From positions 64,001 to 128,000 of the forward strand of contig CBDCCZ010000001.1 in NCBI GenBank assembly GCA_965215005.1: a stretch of DNA of 64,000 nt. The letters are read 5' to 3'. The notes below the pieces were generated by a model, which was given only the letters and a program-made list of their open reading frames with translations, made no database searches and had not been told where the DNA came from. This DNA comes from Kofleriaceae bacterium (GTDB taxonomy: Bacteria; Myxococcota_A; Polyangia; Haliangiales; Haliangiaceae). Position numbers and translations under genes: made by a program. Each line of letters opens with the position of its first letter. The stretch's first letter is position 1. This document shows, piece after piece, positions 22,249 to 34,713 of this stretch.

Positions 22249-23427
<1,179 letters not shown>

Positions 23428-23454
23428 CGTCAATCCTTTCTTCGTGTGGACGGC

Positions 23455-25824
<2,370 letters not shown>

Positions 25825-26033
25825 GGGTCCTCTGCCGTTGGTGTTGCGTTGGTGGAACATCGAAGAAAGAGAGGGACGATACCGTATGAGTGGCGCTCGC
25901 CTAAGTCTCCACGGGGCGCTTACCCCCGCCCTGAGGACCTGCGACCCGTCGATCATCCGCGTAACTAGCTGTGTTTGTTTTCATTTTTGCTGGTCTTCTG
26001 ATTGCAATTCCGGCCGGCGGGGAGAATTGCGAC

Positions 26034-26855
26034 ATGACCAGCACCGTGATCGACGTGGCCGCATCGACGAACCGCAAGTCCGGCGGCCGCACCGCCAAAC
26101 CGAAGCCAGGCGGCAAGAAAACCGCCGCCAAGCCGCCGCGTTCCAGCTCGAGCTTGGCGCCGTGGGTGCTGACGCTCGCCTTGGCCGCAGGGGCGGGAGG
26201 CGGTGGCTATTACCTATATGAGAAGTACCAGCTCACCCGCGATAGCCTCGCCCAGTCGCGGGCTGAGCTCGCGGTAGCGCATCGCCGCGCCGCCGCCGCA
26301 GACGCGCGGGTCATGGAGGTCCGAGCCGAGCTGTCGCGCGCAGAAGGTGAGTTCGCGCAACAGCAGCAGCTCGCCAAGGAACAGAAGCAGCTGGCCCAAG
26401 CCAAAGCCGCCGAAGCAGATGAGCTCGCCAAGCAGCTAGAGACGCTCATTTCGAGTGATCAGGGCGAGGTCACGAGCGAGGATGGCAGGATTCGCCTGCA
26501 GCTGCTCGACCGGGTGTTGTTCCGCTCGGGCGAAGCCGAGCTCACCGCTCGTGGCAAGCTCGTAATCGGCAAGCTCGGCGAAGCGCTCAATAAGTTTCCC
26601 GATAAGCAAGTGTGGGTGCAGGGACATACCGACACGGTTCCCATCGCGACCGCGGATTTCGCCAGCAACTGGGAGCTAGCGTCGGGACGAGCCCTCAATG
26701 TGGTGCACTACCTCCAGGATGACGTGGGGGTCGAGCCGAGCCGCATGGCCGCGGTTGCCTTCAGTCAATATCGGCCGGTCTCTAACCGCCACAAGTTCAA
26801 GAACCGCCGCATCGAGATCGTTCTCTACCCGAGAGAGATGAAGGTGGCCGACTGA
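26034..26855 (+). CDS. OmpA/MotB family protein (TM + coiled coil + peptidoglycan-binding domain)
   Basis: VLFRSGEAEL, VQGHTD, SNWELASGRALNV, NRRIEI; GGAG SD. Confidence 0.9.
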   Translation: MTSTVIDVAASTNRKSGGRTAKPKPGGKKTAAKPPRSSSSLAPWVLTLALAAGAGGGGYYLYEKYQLTRDSLAQSRAELAVAHRRAAAADARVMEVRAELSRAEGEFAQQQQLAKEQKQLAQAKAAEADELAKQLETLISSDQGEVTSEDGRIRLQLLDRVLFRSGEAELTARGKLVIGKLGEALNKFPDKQVWVQGHTDTVPIATADFASNWELASGRALNVVHYLQDDVGVEPSRMAAVAFSQYRPVSNRHKFKNRRIEIVLYPREMKVAD

Positions 26856-27040
26856 AGTGAGTCGGTGGCTCCCTATGCCGCACCATTGCGCAACGCTCCT
26901 GTGTCAATTCGAACGCGTTGCGTTCTAAGCCCATCGCGCAGCCGTCGCGTCTAGCTGCACAGCCAGGACATCCGAAGAGCCACAGCACGCAAGGCTGACA
27001 CGCCCAGTATTGGCGTGAAGCAGGCTCGGCTTAGATCGCG

Positions 27041-27562
27041 CTATTGCTGGGCGAAACCGCCAGCCTCTCGCAGGCTTGGCTTGCAGAGGCCCCACAGCCG
27101 CTGCACCGCGGCGGCGTCGGTGGCGTCGGGCGCATACGAGAGGTTTGCTTGGTTCATGACCGAGTGGCGCAAACCATCCTGGATATGCCGCAAACCAAAC
27201 GCGTGCCCGAGCTCGTGCGCGATCGTGATCGTACGACCGCGGGACGAGCCTAATCGGCGATTCACGACGATCTCGCCGAGCGCATCATCATAGAGCCCGA
27301 AGAAGACCGGAGCGGCGTCTTCGAAGCGTAGTGGCAGGATCGCCGCGGCGTGCGTTTCTCCCACGCGCAGTTGCACCACGCCGGTCGTGTTCCACATCGC
27401 GACGGCTTCGTCGATGCTGGCCAGTTCTGCGGCGGTTGCATCCGCTGCCGGCACCACGTTTACGGGCTCGCAAGCGTCGAAAACCACTTCGAAGGGGCCA
27501 CTTTCAGACGGGCTGGTACATGCCGAGGCGGTGAACACTGCAACTGCGATGGCCAAACGCAC
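27041..27562 (-). CDS. Matrixin-like zinc metalloprotease lipoprotein
   Basis: Lipobox ASAC; HELGHAFGLRH and SVM Met-turn. Confidence 0.88.
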   Translation of the reverse strand: MRLAIAVAVFTASACTSPSESGPFEVVFDACEPVNVVPAADATAAELASIDEAVAMWNTTGVVQLRVGETHAAAILPLRFEDAAPVFFGLYDDALGEIVVNRRLGSSRGRTITIAHELGHAFGLRHIQDGLRHSVMNQANLSYAPDATDAAAVQRLWGLCKPSLREAGGFAQQ

Positions 27563-27681
27563 AGAACAGCCAGATTATCACCTGTGGCAGCTTTGCACTA
27601 GCGAAAAATCTCTGCAGTTTCAGGGGTATGTAGGTTCAGTATGCATACTTGACACAACCCCGAATTTCCTGCCGTGGGGGT

Positions 27682-27697
27682 AGGCATGGCGGCTGCA
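27682..27697 (+). promoter_or_regulatory. Putative sigma54 -24/-12 promoter
   Basis: AGGCATGGCGGCTGCA (GG-N10-GC) upstream of the gene at 27763. Confidence 0.6.
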
Positions 27698-27762
27698 CAG
27701 TGCGAGGCCGGACGGTAACCGCAGCCAACGCAAAACTGAGAGACGAATCGGAGGCAGATGAT

Positions 27763-29007
27763 ATGACTAACTTCAAACGTGCGATATCCCTCGTTGCGGC
27801 CGGCGCTGCGTCGCTGGCGCTGGGCACCACCGCTCTCGCAGACCAGGAGAAGCAGTTGGACCCTATGGATGCTGAGGCCGCTCAGGCCGATGCACCGAAG
27901 CAAGGCGACGAGAAAGACACGGTCTTCTTCAAGCAAAGCTCGGCCAAGCTCACTCCTGCTGCCAAGAAAGACCTCGATACAATGGTCGAGTGGGCGAAAG
28001 CGAATCCAGACCAGAAGCTAGCGGTCGTCGGCTTCGCCAGTGAGCCCGGGACTGAGAAATACAACTTGAAGCTCAGCGAACGGCGCGCGAAAGCAGTCCG
28101 CGCGTATTTGAAGCTGAAGGGCATCGACGAGAGTCGCGTCGAGATCGATGCAATGGGCGAGAGCATCACTCCCTACGCGGTAGACGCGATGAACCGCCGT
28201 ACGGTGGTCTTTGGGGAGAAGGAGCAAGAGGCGGCGATGGAGGAGCAGCGCCAGAAGCAGCTCCTAATCATCGCTCAAGCGCAGCCTGCGCCCCAGGCGG
28301 ATGATGGGCCCGACGTGGTCGTGGTCGATACAAAGCCGGATGTCGTGGTGGTTGAAGACAACACGCCCTCGGAGCCGGTCGTGATCGAGAAGACCGAGAC
28401 CAAGACAGTCATGGTCGAAAACGACGACCCCACGTATGGAGATGACAGCTTTGCGAGCCGGTACGGCGTCGCGGTGTCTCTCGGTGGCGGTGTGATGGGC
28501 TTCACCAACGAAGACGTTCGTGGCTACACGGACACCGGCGGTACGTGGGAAGCACGGGCCACGTTCGGTACTCGTATGCCAATTGGTATTGAAGCGGCGT
28601 ACGTGGGTAGTGCACAAGATATCAATGCGCTAGGACTGGAAGGTAATGCCATCTTCCTAGGTAACGGCGGAGAAGGTGCAGTTCGTCTGCACATTCTTCC
28701 CAGTCAAGTGGTGCAGCCTTACGTCTTTGGCGGTCTAGGCTACACGCGCTACAGCTTAGTCAACGAAGACTCGAACACCTCGAATGTCGCCAACAGCCTT
28801 GATGTTGGTTACATTCCGGTTGGCGCTGGTGTCGGCTTCCGCTACGCGGGCTTCTTGTTCGACATTCGCGGAACGCTTCGCCCGGCATTCGGCGATGAGC
28901 TGTTCGAGACCAACGCCGGTGGCGGCGATGACAACCCCGACTTGCGCGTGGATGACTCGAACCTGACCAACTGGTCGGCTGCGGCGAAAGTGGGCTGGGA
29001 GTTCTAA
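27763..29007 (+). CDS. Protein with N-terminal OmpA-like domain and C-terminal outer membrane beta-barrel
   Basis: Signal peptide (ALA); VVGFAS..G..YNLKLSERRAKAV...NRR; low-complexity linker; beta strands ending KVGWEF; GGAGG SD. Confidence 0.85.
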   Translation: MTNFKRAISLVAAGAASLALGTTALADQEKQLDPMDAEAAQADAPKQGDEKDTVFFKQSSAKLTPAAKKDLDTMVEWAKANPDQKLAVVGFASEPGTEKYNLKLSERRAKAVRAYLKLKGIDESRVEIDAMGESITPYAVDAMNRRTVVFGEKEQEAAMEEQRQKQLLIIAQAQPAPQADDGPDVVVVDTKPDVVVVEDNTPSEPVVIEKTETKTVMVENDDPTYGDDSFASRYGVAVSLGGGVMGFTNEDVRGYTDTGGTWEARATFGTRMPIGIEAAYVGSAQDINALGLEGNAIFLGNGGEGAVRLHILPSQVVQPYVFGGLGYTRYSLVNEDSNTSNVANSLDVGYIPVGAGVGFRYAGFLFDIRGTLRPAFGDELFETNAGGGDDNPDLRVDDSNLTNWSAAAKVGWEF

Positions 29008-29055
29008 GAGCGGAACTATCGAGTTAAGTTCTCCGTTCGTTTCTTAGGCGGAGCG

Positions 29056-29101
29056 ATCGAGCCGGCTGGGCAGAGCTGCCATAGCCGGCTCGATTTCGTT
29101 T
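29056..29101 (+). terminator. Rho-independent terminator-like hairpin
   Basis: ATCGAGCCGGCT...AGCCGGCTCGAT followed by TTCGTTT. Confidence 0.65.
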
Positions 29102-29194
29102 GCACCTCAGCCCTCAGCATCGAGGTCACTCGCGAGCGCCTCGGCTTTGAGCATTCGGGTCGCTCGCGAGCATTCGCGCCACCCGCGAGGTTCT

Positions 29195-29506
29195 TCAGCC
29201 TGGCGGGACGACGCCAGCGCACTCATCGGTGCAGGTGAAATCCTCTAGGCAGGACATGCCTTCGATGCAGGTCTCGCAAGCCATCGCCTGTTCATTGTAG
29301 GCGGCGCTCATGTCGCTCATCTGCTCGCAGTCATCGATGCACCCAGGCACATCAAACTCATCGGTCACACATTCATCGTACCGATTGCAGATGTCCGTGC
29401 AGTTGGCCAGCTCGTCGAGCTCCTGAACGGCCTCATCGCAGCCGGCGGCCAAGAGTGCGCTCGCGAACGAGCCTGCGAGAAATAGGTTACGGAATAATTT
29501 CCTCAT
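29195..29506 (-). CDS. Cys-rich small lipoprotein
   Basis: MRKLFRN...LLAAGC lipobox; repeated CxxxC and CxxC motifs; GGAG SD. Confidence 0.75.
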   Translation of the reverse strand: MRKLFRNLFLAGSFASALLAAGCDEAVQELDELANCTDICNRYDECVTDEFDVPGCIDDCEQMSDMSAAYNEQAMACETCIEGMSCLEDFTCTDECAGVVPPG

Positions 29507-29759
29507 TGCATGTTCTCCGGTAGCTAGTACACCAGCGAGTCGCCGGCAGAGCGGGCACTGCCAAGGGTATGCCCAAGTTACGTGCGACTGCACAGCTGCG
29601 AAAGCAGCGATCAGGTCGTGGGCCGGCACTATACCAGCTGCTTGCACGATGCAGTCGTGCACGAGCGCGAAGAGCTACCGCGAGTGGCGCAGCGGCACGT
29701 GTGTGTCATGTTGGCCATTCTCGCAGCGCCGTTGGAAACGGGTTCCGTCCAGAGGGGCT

Positions 29760-29775
29760 TGGTTCTGGCTTTGCA
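29760..29775 (+). promoter_or_regulatory. Putative sigma54 promoter
   Basis: TGGTTCTGGCTTTGCA upstream of the MgtC-family gene. Confidence 0.6.
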
Positions 29776-29791
29776 TCCGTCGTCGCGATCC

Positions 29792-30301
29792 GTGACGCAG
29801 CTCTGGGAGACTGTATGGCACGCGCTTCAGTTCGACTCGATGCGAGCAGCAAGCTACCTCGTGCACTTGACGGTCGCGTACGTGCTGGCCCTGCCGGTGG
29901 CGTGGGACCGCGAGCGTTCTACGGTATCGCTGGGGCTGCGGACGATTCCGCTGGTGGCCGTTGCGAGCTGCGCATTCATGCTCTTGGGCCTGGAGTTGGC
30001 GGCAGCAAGTGCCGACGCTCGTTCCCGCATCGTGCAGGGGATCATCACGGGCATCGGCTTTCTCGGCGGCGGCGCCATCCTCAAACAAGGCAACAGTATC
30101 CACGGCACCTCTACGGCAGCCTCCATTTGGACGACCGCTGCGCTGGGGGTGGCCGTTGCGCTGAACCGCTACGAGGTCGCGGTGCTGCTGTCAGTGGTCA
30201 GTTTCGCTACGTTGCGCTGGCTGAAGCGATTCAAGCCAACCGATGAGGGCCATTGCGAAGCCGAGGGCGGATCTAGTCACGATACTGTGATAGAACCCTA
30301 G
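29792..30301 (+). CDS. MgtC/SapB family membrane protein
   Basis: WDRE...GLRTIPLVA, RIVQGIITGIGFLGGGAIL, GTSTAASIW; start uncertain (GTG 29792 or ATG 29840). Confidence 0.9.
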   Translation: MTQLWETVWHALQFDSMRAASYLVHLTVAYVLALPVAWDRERSTVSLGLRTIPLVAVASCAFMLLGLELAAASADARSRIVQGIITGIGFLGGGAILKQGNSIHGTSTAASIWTTAALGVAVALNRYEVAVLLSVVSFATLRWLKRFKPTDEGHCEAEGGSSHDTVIEP

Positions 30302-30332
30302 CCGGCATTTGCCGAAACAACGGAGAAGACAT

Positions 30333-30575
30333 ATGAAGAAACTATCTTTACTAGCGAGTCTATTGCTGGCGATCGGCGCCAGTGCCTGTGGTGGCAAGAG
30401 TGGCGAGGCCAACGAGCCGGTGGAGACCACCGAAGAGGCAGTGGAAGAGGGCTACGAGGAGACAGAAGAAGGCTTCGAAGCAGCCGGTGAGGAGACCGGC
30501 GACGCGCTCGAGGGCGCCGGGGATGAGGTGGAGGAGACTACCGATGAAGCCGAGTCCGAAACCGACGACTGGTAG
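30333..30575 (+). CDS. Small acidic lipoprotein (disordered, Glu-rich)
   Basis: MKKLSLLASLLLAIGASAC lipobox, Glu-rich repeats, GGAG SD. Confidence 0.8.
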   Translation: MKKLSLLASLLLAIGASACGGKSGEANEPVETTEEAVEEGYEETEEGFEAAGEETGDALEGAGDEVEETTDEAESETDDW

Positions 30576-30597
30576 GCGCTGATCGCCGAGTTGGCAG

Positions 30598-30867
30598 ATG
30601 CAGTCCACAGAGCTCGTAGGATGGGCCAGCTCGATCGTCCTGTTCGTGACGATCACTTACCAGGTCTTCAATCAGTGGCGTAGCGGCTCCAGCGAAGGAG
30701 TCTCGCCGCTGCTTTTCTGTGGGCAGATTGTCGCCTCCATAGGCTTCACGATCTATAGCGCTGTACTTGGCAATTGGGTCTTTTTGATTACGAACATCGG
30801 CTTAGTTACCAGCGCGGTGGTGGGGCTATGGATCCAATGGCGTCATCGCCGGGCTGAAGGCTCGTAG
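30598..30867 (+). CDS. PQ-loop/SemiSWEET-like small membrane protein
   Basis: Three TM helices; QVFNQWRSGSSEGVS...NWVFLITN. Confidence 0.75.
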   Translation: MQSTELVGWASSIVLFVTITYQVFNQWRSGSSEGVSPLLFCGQIVASIGFTIYSAVLGNWVFLITNIGLVTSAVVGLWIQWRHRRAEGS

Positions 30868-30879
30868 GCCCCGGTGGCG

Positions 30880-30895
30880 TGGCACTGCGCGTGCA
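30880..30895 (+). promoter_or_regulatory. Putative sigma54 promoter
   Basis: TGGCACTGCGCGTGCA. Confidence 0.7.
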
Positions 30896-30909
30896 GGGCC
30901 GCCTCGTCG

Positions 30910-31983
30910 ATGCCTACGAGCCCCGGTCGTTTCTCGAATAGCCACGGGACCTTCGCGGTCCGTGTCTTCATCGCCACGGTCGTAGTGGGCCTCGTCCTCT
31001 TGCTAGCGCTGCTAGTAAGCTACGCGACCACCGTTCTATTGGTGGGTTTCGCGGGTATCTTGGCGGCCGTCGCATGGAATGGCTGCTCGGCTGCTCTGGC
31101 GGAGCGCACGCGCTTGCCATACTGGGCAACCACGTTGATTGTGGCGCTGCTGGTAATCGCCATGGTTGTTGCCGCGGTCTTCATCCTCGGTGGCCGGGTA
31201 CTTCGCCAGTTCGACGCGCTCGTCACGCAGCTGCCGGCGGCCGTGAATGAGCTGCACCAGAGCATACAACAGACGTCATTTGGGCAACGGGCGCTGGAGC
31301 ACTTGCCGAGCCCCACTGAGATGCTCGCGCCCAGCGGCAGCTGGATGGGGCGGGTGACGAGTTTCTTTCGCACCGCGTTCGGGGTTGGCTTCGACCTGCT
31401 CATCATCCTGTTCATCGCGATCTACGGAGCTGCACGACCCGATGAGTACTTGCGAGGGCTATATCGGCTCTTTCCGCAGCAGCGGCGCCAGCGGGCACGA
31501 GAGGTAGTCAGTGCGTTGGCGCAAGCCTTACGACGGTGGTTGATCGGCCGATTCGCGTCCATGACGCTGGTCGGGCTCCTGACGTTTGTCGGGCTTTGGA
31601 TACTCGATATCCCGCTTGCGCTGACGCTGGGATTGTTCGCGGGCGCGGTCTGCTTCGTCCCCTACCTCGGACCGATTCTCTCCGCGCTCCCGCCAACCAT
31701 GATCGCCTTCTTGGACAGCCCTTCGCGCGCTGTTCAAGTGCTCATCTTGTTTGGTGTCATCCAGCTCGTTGAGAGCTTCTTGCTCACGCCACTAATTCAG
31801 CGTCGGGCAGTATCGGTGCCGCCGGCTCTACTGATTTCGGCACAGGCAATACTTGGGCTCCTCGCGGGAGTCATGGGCGTTGTGCTCGCCACTCCACTAC
31901 TGGTATCGCTGATCGTTCTCGTGCAAACACTGTACATCCAGTCGGTGCTCGAGGAGCCTGTGACTGTCGTGGGTGAGAAGTAG
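30910..31983 (+). CDS. AI-2E family transporter
   Basis: LRRWLIGR, FVPYLGPILS, IQLVESFLLTPLIQ, GVVLATPL. Confidence 0.9.
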   Translation: MPTSPGRFSNSHGTFAVRVFIATVVVGLVLLLALLVSYATTVLLVGFAGILAAVAWNGCSAALAERTRLPYWATTLIVALLVIAMVVAAVFILGGRVLRQFDALVTQLPAAVNELHQSIQQTSFGQRALEHLPSPTEMLAPSGSWMGRVTSFFRTAFGVGFDLLIILFIAIYGAARPDEYLRGLYRLFPQQRRQRAREVVSALAQALRRWLIGRFASMTLVGLLTFVGLWILDIPLALTLGLFAGAVCFVPYLGPILSALPPTMIAFLDSPSRAVQVLILFGVIQLVESFLLTPLIQRRAVSVPPALLISAQAILGLLAGVMGVVLATPLLVSLIVLVQTLYIQSVLEEPVTVVGEK

Positions 31984-31987
31984 CGGC

Positions 31988-32018
31988 AAAAAAAACGGCG
32001 CGGCTTGAGCCGCGCCGT
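31988..32018 (-). terminator. Intrinsic terminator for csbD (possibly bidirectional)
   Basis: ACGGCGCGGC-TTGA-GCCGCGCCGT preceded by an A run (U tract on the minus strand). Confidence 0.85.
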
Positions 32019-32040
32019 CTTTGCGAGACTGAAGGTCTCG

Positions 32041-32238
32041 CTACATCGTTTTCATCCAATCATCAACCTCGCGTTCAGCCTTGTCCTTTTCGATGCCATA
32101 TCGCTGCTGAATCCGGCCGACGAAGCGGTCGCGGTCGCCAGCTGCCTGCTGCAGATCGTCGTCCGTGAGCTTGCCCCACTTCGTACGCGCTTGGCCCTGC
32201 AGCTCTTTCCACTTACCTTTAGCGATGTCCCAATTCAT
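32041..32238 (-). CDS. csbD: CsbD/YjbJ family general stress protein
   Basis: MNWDIAKGKWKELQGQARTKWGKLTDDDL...GRIQQRYG; AAGGAG SD. Confidence 0.95.
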   Translation of the reverse strand: MNWDIAKGKWKELQGQARTKWGKLTDDDLQQAAGDRDRFVGRIQQRYGIEKDKAEREVDDWMKTM

Positions 32239-32269
32239 GAGAATCTCCTTTCGAATGCTCATAGCTTCA

Positions 32270-32285
32270 AGCAGATGACGTGCCA
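32270..32285 (-). promoter_or_regulatory. Putative sigma54 promoter of csbD
   Basis: Minus strand reads TGGCACGTCATCTGCT. Confidence 0.75.
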
Positions 32286-32509
32286 ATCCCCGTCCCCTGT
32301 CCGCGCGGCTCGGCTCCAGCCTGGGATCGGCAGGAGTGTCCCTTTGCGCCGATTCGACACACCTGCGCGACATCGGTGCACCGAGGCTGCGCCGAATCTG
32401 CGCAGCGAGCGCTCCCTCAGCTATCGAAGTTCTTGAGATGACTGGATTGGCCGTGACATGGCGGCGGGCCTCGTAGCTGCAATTCGCCGCCTCCTCGAAG
32501 GAGGCGCTC

Positions 32510-32896
32510 ATGGAGCTTGGTCTTGTTGTGATGCCGCTATTGCCCTCGCCCCAGGGGGAGCTCGTCGAGGAACCGGTCGAGTTCGAGTGCCGCGACGGCC
32601 AGCGGCTGCGACTGCCGCCGGCGCTGGCGCTGGCAATCCGTCGCTGGCTCGAACATGCATCCACTGTTGCACCGGCAGCGGTTGAGCCACTGCCGGTTCC
32701 GCCGCGCATGAGTAAGCGGGAGCGCGATGTTCTTGCGGGCCTGGTCGACGGCCAGTCCTACAAACAAATCGCCTACGAGCTCGATATCAGCATGGATACG
32801 GTGCGAACGTACATTCGCCGGCTATACCGCAAACTCGGTGTTCACAGCGCCGTCGAAGCCGTGACACTGGCGCATCGCACCGGCCTGGCGCGCTAG
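32510..32896 (+). CDS. LuxR-family HTH transcriptional regulator without a receiver domain
   Basis: SKRERDVLAGLVDGQSYKQIA..L.IS.DTVRTYIRRLYRKLGV; AAGGAGG SD. Confidence 0.85.
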   Translation: MELGLVVMPLLPSPQGELVEEPVEFECRDGQRLRLPPALALAIRRWLEHASTVAPAAVEPLPVPPRMSKRERDVLAGLVDGQSYKQIAYELDISMDTVRTYIRRLYRKLGVHSAVEAVTLAHRTGLAR

Positions 32897-32973
32897 CCTG
32901 CAGCTGCGTTCCCGCATCGCTCCTGTCGCGATTTAGTGTTGCGTTGCCCTCGTTGTGAGCTCAAAGCACGCAC

Positions 32974-34713
32974 TCAAAGGCCGTACTTCTTTAGCTTGGT
33001 CAAGAACGTGCGACGCGGCATGCTGATGAGCCGGGCGGCTTGCGACTGCACGCCGGCACTTGCCTCGAGCGCTTCTTGCATACGACGACGCTCGAGCTCG
33101 GCGACCTCGTCCGCGATGGGAACGAACTTGGTTGGGGCCTCTTCTGCAGGATTCAATGCGCGCGTGGAAACGCTGCGACGTCCAAGCTCCGCGGGGAGAT
33201 GCCATGGCTCAGCCACCTCGCCGACGACGGTGGCGGCCAGGTAATCGGCGATATTGGCCAGCTCGCGCACATTGCCGGGGAACGGGTATCTGGCAAGTGC
33301 GTGCATGGTGGCGTCGCTCAGCGTCAACTCTTCTCGCTGCTGCCGCGCGCACGCCCTCTCCAGGAGCGCCCGGCTCAGCAGCGGAATGTCTCGCGGACGG
33401 TCGCGAAGCGGCGGAAGCTCAACAGTAGCAGCGCCGAGACGATAATACAGATCTTCGCGGAATCGGCCCGCGGCAACCTCTTGGCGCAGGTCGCGGTGGG
33501 TAGCTGCGACCACGCGGAAGTCGGCGGCGATTGGCTGTATGTCGCCAAGTCGCTGCACCTGCTTAGTGTCCAGGACGCGGAGTAGCTTGGCTTGCAGCGG
33601 CAAAGGCAGCTCTCCGATCTCGTCAAAGAACACCGTGCCGCGGTTGGCGGCTTCGAGAAAACCGAGTTTGTCGCGTTCAGCGCCGGAGAATGCGCCGCGG
33701 CGATAGCCGAAGAGCTCGCTTTCGATCAGTGCTGCGGGCAACGCGGCCGCATTGACGGCGATAAACGGGCCACTCGCACGGCTGGAGCCAGCGTGAACTG
33801 CATGGGCGGCGGCTTCCTTGCCAACTCCAGTTTCGCCGAGGATCAACACCGCGAGCTCGCTTTTAGCTAGCCGCTCGAGCAGCGCATAGATGCGGCTCAT
33901 CGCAGGATCTGCAATGAGGATGGCGGTGTTGCCGAGCGTCAAACGTTGAGCTGCAGCAGCTGCATCGCGCACGCGCTCAGCTGAGGGTAGCTCCGCCGCG
34001 GCTCGAGCGGCGCCGAGTAATGCGTCACCGTCGCCGCCATCGCCGGGACAGACTGCCAAGCCCGCCGCGGCGTTCGGCGCGATCGGCGCCAGCGCATCGA
34101 GAATGGCGAGCAATCGCTGCCGCGCCGTGCTGCGCCGAAGCTCGGGCAGAAGCACGACGAGCAGGCCCCGCTGCAGCCAGCCCGCAACTTCGCAGCGCGA
34201 GAGGCAATGCCCGAGACGAGCCTGCACGCGCCGCTCGTCGCTCGCGTGCAGGTCGATCATAGCAACAGCGAGGGGGCGGCCATACCGCAGCGAACGCTCG
34301 ACCTCTTCGTCCAGCCGCGCCCGTAATGACTCTTCCGACAGCGCATCGCCTCGCCGACCTCTGCGTTCGACTCGGACCACCAGCACTGCTTCCCCGAGGC
34401 GAAGCACGTCGCCAGAGGCTAGTGTTCGAGCACCGTCGGCGAGTCGTTGGCCGTTGACGCAGGTCCCGTTGTGACTTTCGAGATCGCGAATGGTGACGGC
34501 GTCGTCAATGGACAATCGCGCGTGTCGTCGCGATACCGAAGGATGATCGATGGAGATGTCGGCATCTTCAGCGCGACCGATCTCGAGAATCCCTTGGCTA
34601 GGCATCGAGACTCGCCAGGAGCGATCAGCGACGATGACCAGCAGATGCGCGTCACTCGCTGCCGCAGGGCGCTCGAGACTGACGGTGGGTGGCGGTTGCA
34701 CCCTCGCGCTCAC
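32974..34713 (-). CDS. Sigma54-dependent enhancer-binding protein with FHA and degenerate GGDEF-like domains
   Basis: IGR...SVSRRHA...SHNGT (FHA); GETGVGKE, ESELFG, GAFSGA, FFDEIGE, FREDLYYRL, PGNVREL; Fis-type HTH. Confidence 0.93.
   Translation of the reverse strand: MSARVQPPPTVSLERPAAASDAHLLVIVADRSWRVSMPSQGILEIGRAEDADISIDHPSVSRRHARLSIDDAVTIRDLESHNGTCVNGQRLADGARTLASGDVLRLGEAVLVVRVERRGRRGDALSEESLRARLDEEVERSLRYGRPLAVAMIDLHASDERRVQARLGHCLSRCEVAGWLQRGLLVVLLPELRRSTARQRLLAILDALAPIAPNAAAGLAVCPGDGGDGDALLGAARAAAELPSAERVRDAAAAAQRLTLGNTAILIADPAMSRIYALLERLAKSELAVLILGETGVGKEAAAHAVHAGSSRASGPFIAVNAAALPAALIESELFGYRRGAFSGAERDKLGFLEAANRGTVFFDEIGELPLPLQAKLLRVLDTKQVQRLGDIQPIAADFRVVAATHRDLRQEVAAGRFREDLYYRLGAATVELPPLRDRPRDIPLLSRALLERACARQQREELTLSDATMHALARYPFPGNVRELANIADYLAATVVGEVAEPWHLPAELGRRSVSTRALNPAEEAPTKFVPIADEVAELERRRMQEALEASAGVQSQAARLISMPRRTFLTKLKKYGL

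Noticed and set aside
32041..32709. Long 5' extensions in the ORF track (csbD, sdhA, fadN, VWA and others)
   Set aside because: Homology and SD positions support shorter starts; the extensions run into promoters or neighbouring genes.
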